32,000 nucleotides of DNA from Mycobacterium leprae TN. Lineage in GTDB: Bacteria; Actinomycetota; Actinomycetes; Mycobacteriales; Mycobacteriaceae. This document shows, in pieces, positions 9,670 to 18,336 of the stretch. The notes beneath the pieces were generated by a model. The model saw only the letters and a list, made by a program, of their open reading frames with translations, ran no database searches and had not been told where the DNA came from. A program made the position numbers and the translations under genes. Within the stretch, counting starts at the first letter, position 1, and each line of letters starts with the position of its first letter. The DNA is taken from assembly GCF_000195855.1 (NCBI RefSeq), contig NC_002677.1:1650001-1682000 (forward strand), written 5' to 3'.

Positions 9670-10520
9670 GTGCCCTTTGCCGGCAAAACTATTTCCGTCC
9701 GTTGGGCTCCGGCGGGATGGTTCGGGATGGTTGAGGATTATCTAGCCTACATCCCCGGTTACCGCGGCGCGATATGATCAAGGTCCTCGCTGAGGCAATC
9801 ACTGCGGATCACGGGTTCCGCGACAGGTTCAACCGGGAAGAAGATTTCGCTGTCATGCTATAGCACCCGCACATCGTCGAAGTCCACGATCGCAGCAAAT
9901 TCGACAGTCAGCCCTGGATCTCCAGGATTACGTCGACGGCACCAATGCCAACCGACTGGCGAAAGAACGTTGCCAGAACGGTATGCCAGTCGAGGAGGTT
10001 TGTGCCATCCTAACGCTGTCGCAGGCGTACTCGATTACACCGTGCGATCGCGGTTTGCTGCACCGCTACGTCGAACCCGTTAACATTTCGCTCACCCATC
10101 CTGAAAACTGGATAACGACTAATTTTGTTGATGGAATTCGTTGTAGCTCGCTATCTGGACGATATCAGCGAGATCACCGAGACCAATGTCATGGTCGGGA
10201 CGGTCGCGTATACCGCTCCCGAACAGTTGACGGACCCTAACATCGACGGACCATACGACCAATCTCCTTTAATTGCAACGGCTTTCCATTTGCTAACCGG
10301 TACAACGCCATTCCAACACCCCAACCCGATCGCGGTGATCAGTCAGAACTTACACGAGGATCCGCTACGATCCTATCGGCTGGATCTGGGGCAACTCGAC
10401 GAGGTGTTTTTCAAAGTCCTTGTCTAGTAAGCTGAAAAACGGTTCCAGCGGTGTCACGCGTTTGCTTCTGCTTTCGAAGCTGATAAAGCCATAGGCGAAC
10501 GCCTAGATGGCAGCGCCAAC
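9670..10520 (+). pseudogene. Ser/Thr protein kinase (PknF-like), decayed pseudogene. Only the kinase-domain relic is delimited; the C-terminal part may continue further.
   Basis: Pieces in shifting frames: FAGKTISVR...GG.GMVEDYLA (glycine-loop region from about 9670); [37 protein letters not shown]; a degenerate catalytic loop HRYVEPVNI at 10061-10087, where HRDxKxxN is expected; GTVAYTAPEQL at 10197-10229; LLTGTTPFQHPNP; and FQRCHAFASAF near 10445-10480. There are multiple in-frame stops. Confidence 0.8.
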
Positions 10521-11317
10521 GATGGTTGCATCGCTACATCTGATACTGCTTCGGCCGAGTTGCCTCGGCGTGGACTCCGCGCCGCTATTGGGGCTATGAA
10601 CCATCGGTTTTCGTCCAGACCTCTGTAGCCGGGAGCCTCGACGTGCGCAGTGCTGAATCGTTGTGGTAGCGCAGCGACCTGGCCGATATCCTGTACTTCT
10701 TCCAAATGTTTCAGACGGATATTTTCCTGACTAGCCCTGTGCTCGCGTCGCAACTCTCGGCTCCCGCACTCGGGGCCGGCGACGGCCACCTTCCCAGGGA
10801 GGCCGGTACTCAACGACGCCTACAAATTGGCCTACAACCGTAACAAACGTACGACCAACGGCCTTGCGGTCCGTTATGTCGGAGGGAGACACCAACTGGT
10901 GCGCGTTCCGTTCCGCATTCACCGCTACCGGGTGCGTAGCCATCGGGACTGAGCTGAACGATGTCGCCCATCACGTGATCAACAGAGCCGATGTAGAAAA
11001 CCGACTTTTTGCGCCTTGTGAGAGTAAACTGGCAGGGCAGTCCTCAGAAGGAGTGGGGATGGACTGTGTTTAGCTGAACACACAGTTCAGAGCCACTTAT
11101 GCTGGAGACAGTGGCGTGGCCGGTGGTCTACTAGGCCGACGGCACCCTGTGCGCGCGCAGGCCGGAGCCATTTTAGCAACTTAGTATGGTGCGTAGGGAA
11201 CAGTGGTGCGAGCACCTGCGGTGGCCGCTTGGGTCGGTGACGTTTCTTCGGGCGTGAGCTTAGCCGAACCCGCAGTTGTGGCCACCATCTCGACCGCGCC
11301 TGCTATCGCGTCGTCGC

Positions 11318-11377
11318 CTGTCCATTGTTGATCGGGTCGTAGGCAGATTCTCCTACGACCCGATCAACAATGGACAG
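11318..11377. repeat. Perfect 26-bp inverted repeat (hairpin/cruciform-forming) with an 8-nt spacer
   Basis: The left arm CTGTCCATTGTTGATCGGGTCGTAGG (11318-11343) is the exact reverse complement of CCTACGACCCGATCAACAATGGACAG (11352-11377). I checked it base by base: 26 of 26 pair, and position 11317 against 11378 does not. The spacer is CAGATTCT. There is no flanking T-run. It lies 225 bp upstream of the uvrB ATG. Confidence 0.95.
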
Positions 11378-11601
11378 ATCGTCTGTAAAAGCAACAGTGA
11401 GGCTAAAACCTCATTACGAACAAAGTTCACACCTTCGATAGCTTGTGCAACCGGCAGGGTATTTCGGTGATAGCCATATCCACCTCCAGAGATAGCTAAC
11501 TGCTCCAATGCAATCCGGTCACTCAGGTGTGGACCCATTCCGCCGGATAGACCCGGCTGGATTGCAGCCAACCTCTTGGTGCCTGGCCTTACGCTGAGGG
11601 C

Positions 11602-13761
11602 ATGGCTTTCGCCACCGAGCACCCGATAATAACGCATTCGGAATATCGCGCTGTCAAGGAGATTGTGCGCGTCGGTGGCCGCTTCGAGGTGATCAGCCCG
11701 CACGAACCGGCTGGTGACCAGCCAGCGGCTATTGATGAGTTGCAGCGACGGATCCTGGCGGGGGAGCGTGACGTAGTGTTACTTGGTGCCACCGGTACCG
11801 GAAAGTCAGCAACCACCGCCTGGCTTATCGAACGGTTGCAGCGACCTACTTTGGTGATGGCGCCGAATAAGACGCTGGCAGCTCAACTTGCGAACGAACT
11901 GCGTGGGATGTTGCCGCACAACGCGGTCGAGTACTTCGTATCATACTATGATTACTATCAGCCAGAAGCGTACATCGCACAGACCGACACCTATATCGAA
12001 AAAGACAGCTCCATCAACGACGACGTGGAGCGGCTGCGGCACTCCGCCACGTCGTCGCTGCTGTCGCGGCGCGATGTGGTAGTGGTGGCTTCGGTGTCAT
12101 GCATTTACGGCCTAGGTACTCCACAGTCCTACCTGGACCGCTCTGTCGAGCTAGCGGTTAGCAACGAGGTGCCTCGCGACGGCCTATTGCGGCTGCTGGT
12201 CGACGTGCAATACACCCGCAATGATCTGTCCTTCACCCGCGGCTCCTTCCGGGTGCGCGGCGACACTGTGGAGATCATTCCGTCCTACGAGGAGCTGGCG
12301 GTTCGTATCGAGTTCTTCGGCGACGAGATCGAGGCGTTGTACTACCTACACCCCCTCACCGGCGAGGTGATTCGTCAGGTCGACTCGCTACGGATCTTCC
12401 CCGCCACCCACTATGTAGCCGGTCCCGAGCGGATGGCGCAGGCAATCTCAGCCATCGAGGAAGAACTTGCCGAGCGGCTCGCCGAATTCGAACGCCAGGG
12501 CAAGCTGCTGGAGGCGCAGCGGCTGCGGATGCGGACCAACTACGACATCGAAATGATGCGGCAGGTCGGGTTCTGCTCAGGTATAGAGAATTACTCCCGC
12601 CATATCGACGGCAGGGGGCCGGGCACGCCGCCGGCAACGTTGCTCGATTACTTCCCGGAGGACTTTTTGCTCGTCATCGACGAGTCGCATGTCACCGTCC
12701 CGCAAATCGGCGGCATGTACGAAGGTGACATGTCGCGGAAGCGTAACCTCGTCGAATATGGGTTTCGGCTGCCGTCAGCGTGTGACAACCGCCCGCTGAC
12801 CTGGGAGGAATTCGCCGATCGGATCGGGCAAACGGTGTACCTATCGGCCACCCCGGGACCGTATGAGCTCAGCCAGTCCGGTGGTGAGTTCGTCGAGCAG
12901 GTGATCCGACCGACCGGTTTGGTCGACCCGAAAGTGGTAGTCAAGCCAACCAAGGGGCAAATCGACGACCTGATTGGCGAAATCCGCAAACGCGCCAACG
13001 CCGACCAACGGGTCTTGGTAACGACGCTGACCAAGAAAATGGCCGAAGACCTCACCGACTACTTGCTAGAGATGGGTATCCGGGTGCGCTACCTGCACTC
13101 CGAGGTCGACACCTTGCGGCGGGTAGAACTGCTGCGTCAACTGCGGCTTGGCGACTATGACGTGTTGGTCGGCATTAACCTGTTGCGCGAAGGCCTCGAC
13201 CTGCCCGAGGTGTCGCTGGTGGCGATCCTGGACGCCGACAAGGAAGGCTTCCTGCGGTCGGCGCGCAGCCTAATCCAGACCATAGGCCGGGCAGCCCGCA
13301 ACGTCTCCGGTGAAGTACATATGTATGCCGACACGATCACTGATTCGATGACCGAAGCCATCGATGAAACCGAACGGCGACGGGCAAAGCAGATCGCCTA
13401 CAACAATGCCAATGGTATCGACCCACAGCCGCTGCGCAAGAAGATCGCCGACATCCTCGACCAGGTCTATCGCGAGGCCGACGACACCGACACCGTTCAA
13501 GTGGGTGGATCGGGACGTAACGTGTCCCGCGGTCGGCGCGCCCAGAGTGAACCTGTTCGCTCGGTCAGCGTCGGAGTGTTCGAGGGTCGCGACACCGCTG
13601 GTATGCCGCGTGCAGAACTGGCTGACCTGATCAAAGATCTTACCGCCCAAATGATGGCCGCCGCAAGTGACTTGCAATTCGAGCTGGCCGCGCGCTTCCG
13701 TGACGAGATCGCAGACCTCAAAAAGGAACTGCGTGGGATGGACGCGGCGGGCCTCAAATGA
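11602..13761 (+). CDS. uvrB: Excinuclease ABC subunit B
   Basis: A 719-aa ORF with Walker [25 protein letters not shown], the helicase motif DESH, the conserved C-terminal helicase region ([30 protein letters not shown]) and a UVR domain ([20 protein letters not shown]). A GAGGG Shine-Dalgarno lies just upstream of the ATG. Confidence 0.97.
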   Translation: MAFATEHPIITHSEYRAVKEIVRVGGRFEVISPHEPAGDQPAAIDELQRRILAGERDVVLLGATGTGKSATTAWLIERLQRPTLVMAPNKTLAAQLANELRGMLPHNAVEYFVSYYDYYQPEAYIAQTDTYIEKDSSINDDVERLRHSATSSLLSRRDVVVVASVSCIYGLGTPQSYLDRSVELAVSNEVPRDGLLRLLVDVQYTRNDLSFTRGSFRVRGDTVEIIPSYEELAVRIEFFGDEIEALYYLHPLTGEVIRQVDSLRIFPATHYVAGPERMAQAISAIEEELAERLAEFERQGKLLEAQRLRMRTNYDIEMMRQVGFCSGIENYSRHIDGRGPGTPPATLLDYFPEDFLLVIDESHVTVPQIGGMYEGDMSRKRNLVEYGFRLPSACDNRPLTWEEFADRIGQTVYLSATPGPYELSQSGGEFVEQVIRPTGLVDPKVVVKPTKGQIDDLIGEIRKRANADQRVLVTTLTKKMAEDLTDYLLEMGIRVRYLHSEVDTLRRVELLRQLRLGDYDVLVGINLLREGLDLPEVSLVAILDADKEGFLRSARSLIQTIGRAARNVSGEVHMYADTITDSMTEAIDETERRRAKQIAYNNANGIDPQPLRKKIADILDQVYREADDTDTVQVGGSGRNVSRGRRAQSEPVRSVSVGVFEGRDTAGMPRAELADLIKDLTAQMMAAASDLQFELAARFRDEIADLKKELRGMDAAGLK

Positions 13762-13799
13762 ATGTCAACCGCGTGTGCACTCCTACGGTGTATGGCGTG

Positions 13800-15150
13800 A
13801 CGGATACGGAAAGCAATACTGGCAGTTAGCATGAGCTGCTGGGCCACAGCATCTCGGAACGTCCATCTTGTTGGCCGGTGCTATGGGGTTGCTCGCTACT
13901 AACGAGTTCTTGACCGTCATGCTGCTCCCTAACGCGATCGCCGAAATCGGTGGCAGCCGGCTGTTTCTTGGGTAACAATCCTGTAGCTGTTCGGGTTGGT
14001 CGTGGCAGAGGCTGCAGTCAGTTTGGCGCTGCTGCGGATCGGTGCATGCACATCGCTTCCGATGGGACTGGCGGTATTCGACGTTAAACAACCTGGTGTG
14101 CGAGTTTGCGCCGATCATGGAGGTTCTGGGTAGCAGGACGCACCCTGCAATGGGTAGTCAGCGGACTGCTAGCCGGCTTGGGGTATGCGCTTCATCAGCT
14201 CTGCCCTGCCCCGGTGGCTGTGTACTTGGTACTTGTGATTCAGCGCTGATATCGGCGATGTGGGGGTGTCACGACTTTGATTGGGCCCGTGGTGGGGCGT
14301 TTTCGCATTGCTCGAGTTGTGGCGATGGGCGTTTGGTGCCGTGGCGATGATGATCGTCTTGATGGCCTCCATTGGTACAGATCGTATTCCCCGCAAAATC
14401 AGGCTTGACCGAGCGGGGTGACCCCGTCTGACCCTGCACACAAGTGCTGGAGTGGTCAAGTACCGCTGACGGGGGCACCCAACGCCCCTGGTCAGCGTTG
14501 CCGAGCTCCCGCATTATTTGATGGCGACCGCCGGTCTGCTTGCCGCCGGCACGTTGCTAGTCGGGATATTCGTAGTCGTCGATTGGCGAGTGCACGCAGC
14601 GGTATTGCCTTCCAGCGTATTTCGCTTCTGGACTGTTGAAATGGATTTGACTTGACCAATAGCGTGTCGATTGGTTGATGGGAATAGTCACCCCCACGTA
14701 TATGCAACTGGTTGGTCAGCGAATGGGACATCTGCGTCCGGTTCCGCCGGTTTCTGGGCGCGGTGCTAGCTGTTCGGCTGGACGACGGGGAAGACCGTTA
14801 GGGTGTCGCTGAGTAATCCTCGCGTGATCGGGCACGTGGTAACGGCCGCGCCGCTGGTGATGGCGTCGGTTCTAGTGTTGGACGCAACCACCCAACGCGC
14901 TAACGCGTCGATCGGGATTGTTGCGCTCTGGGCGTTGGAGTTATTGGTCACCGGGGCCGGTATAGGGACCTCCTGGCCGCACGTGCGATGACCTGGATCG
15001 ACGACCCGGCTAGATAGCAGCGGGCCGGGTCGTCGACGCAGGGTTAGCCGGTGTGGTGGTCAACACAGCCAAAGACGGCGGAGTGGCGGCGGCGCTGCCT
15101 CTACACGACCTTAACTGTGCTGGCCACGGTCGGTGTCGTGGCCTCTTACC
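13800..15150 (+). pseudogene. MFS-type multidrug/efflux transporter pseudogene (positional equivalent of Rv1634)
   Basis: Hydrophobic transporter-like pieces on the plus strand in different frames. One is ILLAGAMGLLATNEFLTVMLLPNAIAEIGGSRLFLG (13865-13972), ended by an in-frame TAA at 13973-13975. Another is ...WWGVFALLELWRWAFGAVAMMIVLMAS... near 14290-14370. A third is VIGHVVTAAPLVMASVLVLD...LLVTGAGIGTSWP (14803-14985). No ORF exceeds about 100 aa across 1.35 kb that exactly fills the gap between uvrB and the next gene. The family call is by motif feel and synteny only. Confidence 0.6.
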
Positions 15151-15173
15151 GGGTGATCCATCGTGACCGTCGT

Positions 15174-16757
15174 TCACCGTGTTGACTTGATGACCTGCGA
15201 ATAGTGGAATTGCCACCGCTCGACAATGCGGAACCCCAGATAACTGGGAAATTGATACGCCGGCGCACGTCCCAATATGAGCCCTGGTGACAGTAATTGT
15301 CCCGCTTGATGGTCGGGCAGTGATGTGTCTCGGTCGGAGACTGTCCAGACCGTGGAGCACTTGTTGATCTTGGCCGTCACCAACCACACGGGAACATGAC
15401 CGTCCCACAGGGTGCCGACTGTCGGTCCGTAGAAACCACGTTCGATGTCGATCAGCGATCGAAAAGCCGCCGGCCGAGCGGCCAGCAGTGCGCGGATCGG
15501 CCCGGGCCGCCAGGGCACAGTGTTGTCAACGATCAGACAGTCCCCTGGCGCAGCCTGGGAACTGATCACATCGGCTACTTGACTGTAATCCCAGCCTTCT
15601 TTGGCGTATCGCCCGCGTTGCGTAAAGAGATAATTTGGAAAGGCAGCAACAGCGAACAACACTAGGACGCCGGCAATAGGCCACGGTTTACGGGCGACCG
15701 TGACAATGCAGACCGCTATGACGATAGCTGCCGCCGGAGCGGTGAGGATCAGGTAACGCGGGTAGTAAACTGGTTCAATGACCGCCGAGTAGCCGACCAT
15801 GAGAGTGGTGGGAATGACGATCCACGCAGTGCAGATAATCACCAAGCTGCGAAGGTCGCCCGCCGGGGCTCGCAAGCCAGCCAGGCGAGTCGCGATCGCG
15901 GGGACGATGATCACGGCCGTGGCAATCGCGAACGAAACGCTGTGGTCGAAATACTGGCGTTGTGTGATGTCGAAGACGTAGTGCCAGCTGACCCGGAAGA
16001 TCCAGTCGACCTGCCATACTTGGCCATGAGCGAACAAGATGAACGGCGTTATAGTCCCGAGTGCGACGACCGAGGTAACCGCCCACCAGATGAACGGAGA
16101 ATTGCGAAATTTGTTGGGTGCGAGCCATGGCAGGATCACGGCGTAAACCAGCACCAGCGTGGCCAGGGTGAGATTCAGCAAAATTGACAGCATCAATGTC
16201 AGCGCATAGCACAGCCATAGCCGCGGCCTGTTGCGCTGTACCGAGGCCACGAGCAACACGGTCAGCCACATGGCCGCGGCCACTGACAAGGCAGATGAGC
16301 GTGCTTCGATACCGGCCCAGGTGATGCGCGGCAGAATGGCGAAGACAATGCCTGCGTATACCGCAGTGGTCCGTGTGGCAAACTGTCTGGTGAAAACCGT
16401 GACGCCGGCAGCAGCGGCCCCAATTGCCAGACAACTTGGAACCCTTGACCAGAATTCAGTCGAGGGAAATATCGCGAACCAGCCGTGCATCAGCAGGTAG
16501 TACAAGCCGTGCACAGCATCGATGTGGCTCAGCAATCTCCATAGTTCTGGCACAGTGCGACTCGCTGAAGCCGATATTGTTGCGGCCTCATCGAACCAGA
16601 GCGAAGGCCTACTGGCCCAGGCCCCACTGATGACTGTGGCCAGCATCGCAATTGCCAATGAGTCGGGTAGCGCGCCGTGCGCATGTTGGCGCGCCGAATT
16701 GTCACCGACGTCCGCTGCGCTCTGCTCAAGTGCCGATACAGACATGATGCTTGTCAC
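15174..16757 (-). CDS. Polytopic GT-C-type glycosyl/mannosyltransferase membrane protein (Rv1635c-like)
   Basis: A 527-aa ORF with a GTG start at 16757 (alternative ATG at 16745). It has many predicted TM helices, a first-loop acidic motif (SLWFDEAAT) typical of lipid-linked-sugar GT-C enzymes, and a soluble C-terminal domain. The position matches Rv1635c, between the Rv1634 relic and the USP gene. Confidence 0.8.
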   Translation of the reverse strand: MTSIMSVSALEQSAADVGDNSARQHAHGALPDSLAIAMLATVISGAWASRPSLWFDEAATISASASRTVPELWRLLSHIDAVHGLYYLLMHGWFAIFPSTEFWSRVPSCLAIGAAAAGVTVFTRQFATRTTAVYAGIVFAILPRITWAGIEARSSALSVAAAMWLTVLLVASVQRNRPRLWLCYALTLMLSILLNLTLATLVLVYAVILPWLAPNKFRNSPFIWWAVTSVVALGTITPFILFAHGQVWQVDWIFRVSWHYVFDITQRQYFDHSVSFAIATAVIIVPAIATRLAGLRAPAGDLRSLVIICTAWIVIPTTLMVGYSAVIEPVYYPRYLILTAPAAAIVIAVCIVTVARKPWPIAGVLVLFAVAAFPNYLFTQRGRYAKEGWDYSQVADVISSQAAPGDCLIVDNTVPWRPGPIRALLAARPAAFRSLIDIERGFYGPTVGTLWDGHVPVWLVTAKINKCSTVWTVSDRDTSLPDHQAGQLLSPGLILGRAPAYQFPSYLGFRIVERWQFHYSQVIKSTR

Positions 16758-17048
16758 TGTAAAGTGCGCGCGATGACCCTGGTCACCGGCAAGGAATAGC
16801 CAGCATGCTGTCGGCCCGGATTGTCCGCGCTCGGTGCCTGTAAGTCATGAATAGTTCTGCACAGTAGGGCTTTTAGGTGGGATATGCACAGTCGAGCGCC
16901 GTGCCGTCGCGGGTGTTGTCTGTCGAGTTGCCCTGGCTAAGCAAATGACTGGTCGCGCCACGTTGCTGCTGAGTCGGTAATCTGACCCATTTGCATCAAG
17001 CAACGCGAATACTGTCTTGGGCTGAGCAAACTGACATTGGGAGGGTAA

Positions 17049-17492
17049 ATGGGCGCCTATCAGACCGTGGTGGTGGGAACCGATGGTTCAGATTCGTCGT
17101 TGCGTGCGGTGGACCGGGCAGGCAAAATTGCCGGGTCGGATGCCAAGCTGATCATCGCGTCGGCCTACCTGCCCCAGCATGACAATGCTCGGGCGTTCGA
17201 CATATTGAAGGACGAAAGCTACAAAGTGACGGGTACTGCCCCGATCTACGAGATCCTGCATGACGCGAAGGAGCGAGCGCACGCCGCCGGTGCTAAGAAC
17301 GTCGAAGAGCGACCGGTTGTCGGCGCTCCGGTCGATGCGCTGGTGAACCTTGCCGAGAAAACAAATGCCGATCTGCTAGTGGTTGGCAATGTCGGTCTGA
17401 GCACGATCGCAGGTCGACTGTTGGGATCGGTGCCGGCCAACGTCTCGCGTCGGGCCAAGATCGACGTCTTGATCGTGCACACCACGCACTGA
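17049..17492 (+). CDS. Universal stress protein (Rv1636/TB15.3-type, cAMP/ATP-binding USP)
   Basis: A 147-aa ORF preceded by a GGGAGGG Shine-Dalgarno. The sequence YQTVVVGTDGSDSS..AVDRA...ADLLVVGNVGLSTIAGRLLGSVPANVSRRAKIDVLIVHT is near-identical to my recollection of Rv1636. Confidence 0.95.
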   Translation: MGAYQTVVVGTDGSDSSLRAVDRAGKIAGSDAKLIIASAYLPQHDNARAFDILKDESYKVTGTAPIYEILHDAKERAHAAGAKNVEERPVVGAPVDALVNLAEKTNADLLVVGNVGLSTIAGRLLGSVPANVSRRAKIDVLIVHTTH

Positions 17493-17500
17493 AACCGCCT

Positions 17501-18199
17501 TTACCAGCCACGCTCACGCCATTCTGCCAGGCTGGGACGCTCGGCGCCGAGTACTGTGTCGTCGCCGTGGCCGGGGTAGATGGCTGTAGTGTCCGCGTAC
17601 ACATCGAACACTCGGGTGGTGACGTCGTCGAGCAGTTGGGTGAAGTCACTGCGCTGCCACGTCTTGCCAACGCCCCCGGGGAACAGGCAGTCGCCAGTGA
17701 ACAACTGCGTGACTCTCCCAGTTTTTGGGCCAGAGGTGGCTCCGTCGAGCGCCAGCGCGATTGATCCGGGCGTGTGCCCGCGCAGGTGAATAACGTCGAA
17801 CGTCAGCTCCCCAATCTGCACGCAGTCACCATTGGTCAACAAACGGTCCGGCCTGACCGGCAGCGGTTCGGCGTCGAGCTCATGCACGGCGGTTGGCGCA
17901 CCGGTGGCCGCGACCACCGCTTCCAGTGCCTGCCAGTGATCAAAGTGCTGATGGCTGGTCACAATCAACGACAGCTTCGGGGCGTAGCGTTGGACCAGAT
18001 CGATAAGCACCTCGGCATCATTGGCAGCGTCAATCAGAAGTGTTTCTCCGGTAGCCGAACACGTCACCAGGTAGGCGTTGTTGTCCATCGGGCCTACCGA
18101 CACCTTCAGGATTGTGGCGCCGGGTAGGGCCCGGCGGGCCGCGGTACCCGGGTCAACGTGCCCGGTGTAGTCGTTGACGGGATCGATCGAGGCTGTCAT
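17501..18199 (-). CDS. MBL-fold metallo-hydrolase (Rv1637c-like, glyoxalase-II-like)
   Basis: The ORF contains the zinc motif SHQHFDHW (HxHxDH) plus downstream HTPGS and GHGD. I chose the ATG at 18199 (MTASIDPV...). The ORF-track start at 18253 would add a Ser/Pro-rich leader that runs into the uvrA promoter region. Confidence 0.85.
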   Translation of the reverse strand: MTASIDPVNDYTGHVDPGTAARRALPGATILKVSVGPMDNNAYLVTCSATGETLLIDAANDAEVLIDLVQRYAPKLSLIVTSHQHFDHWQALEAVVAATGAPTAVHELDAEPLPVRPDRLLTNGDCVQIGELTFDVIHLRGHTPGSIALALDGATSGPKTGRVTQLFTGDCLFPGGVGKTWQRSDFTQLLDDVTTRVFDVYADTTAIYPGHGDDTVLGAERPSLAEWRERGW

Positions 18200-18237
18200 A
18201 GCGGCCAGGTTACTGCTCCTGGAACTAGGTCCGCTGC

Positions 18238-18260
18238 TTGTCGGTCTGAGCACATAGCAT
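18238..18260 (+). promoter_or_regulatory. Candidate RecA-NDp (PafBC-dependent DNA-damage) promoter motif upstream of uvrA
   Basis: TTGTCGGTC (18238-18246), then 8 nt (TGAGCACA), then TAGCAT (18255-18260). This matches the published consensus tTGTCRgtg-N8-TAnnnT as I recall it, at every upper-case position. The only deviation is the last lower-case base of the 9-mer. It lies about 77 nt upstream of the uvrA GTG. Confidence 0.5.
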
Positions 18261-18336
18261 GGAATGCGTCGTGCGCAGTGGCCACTGTAGGACAGCTTTA
18301 GGCAAGAGCAAGAAGAGTTTCAGTGAGAGGGGCAGC

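Noticed and set aside
15775-16434. 219-aa minus-strand ORF in an alternative frame of the GT-C membrane protein gene
   Set aside because: It is on the same strand but out of frame with the 527-aa ORF, which has coherent TM helices. Its Arg/His/Gly-rich composition is not protein-like.
18253-18259. ORF-track starts for the MBL hydrolase (18253, minus) and uvrA (18259, plus)
   Set aside because: They would leave almost no intergenic region between divergent genes and add non-conserved leaders. Internal starts (ATG 18199; GTG 18337 with GAGAGGGG upstream) match the conserved N-termini and leave room for promoters.
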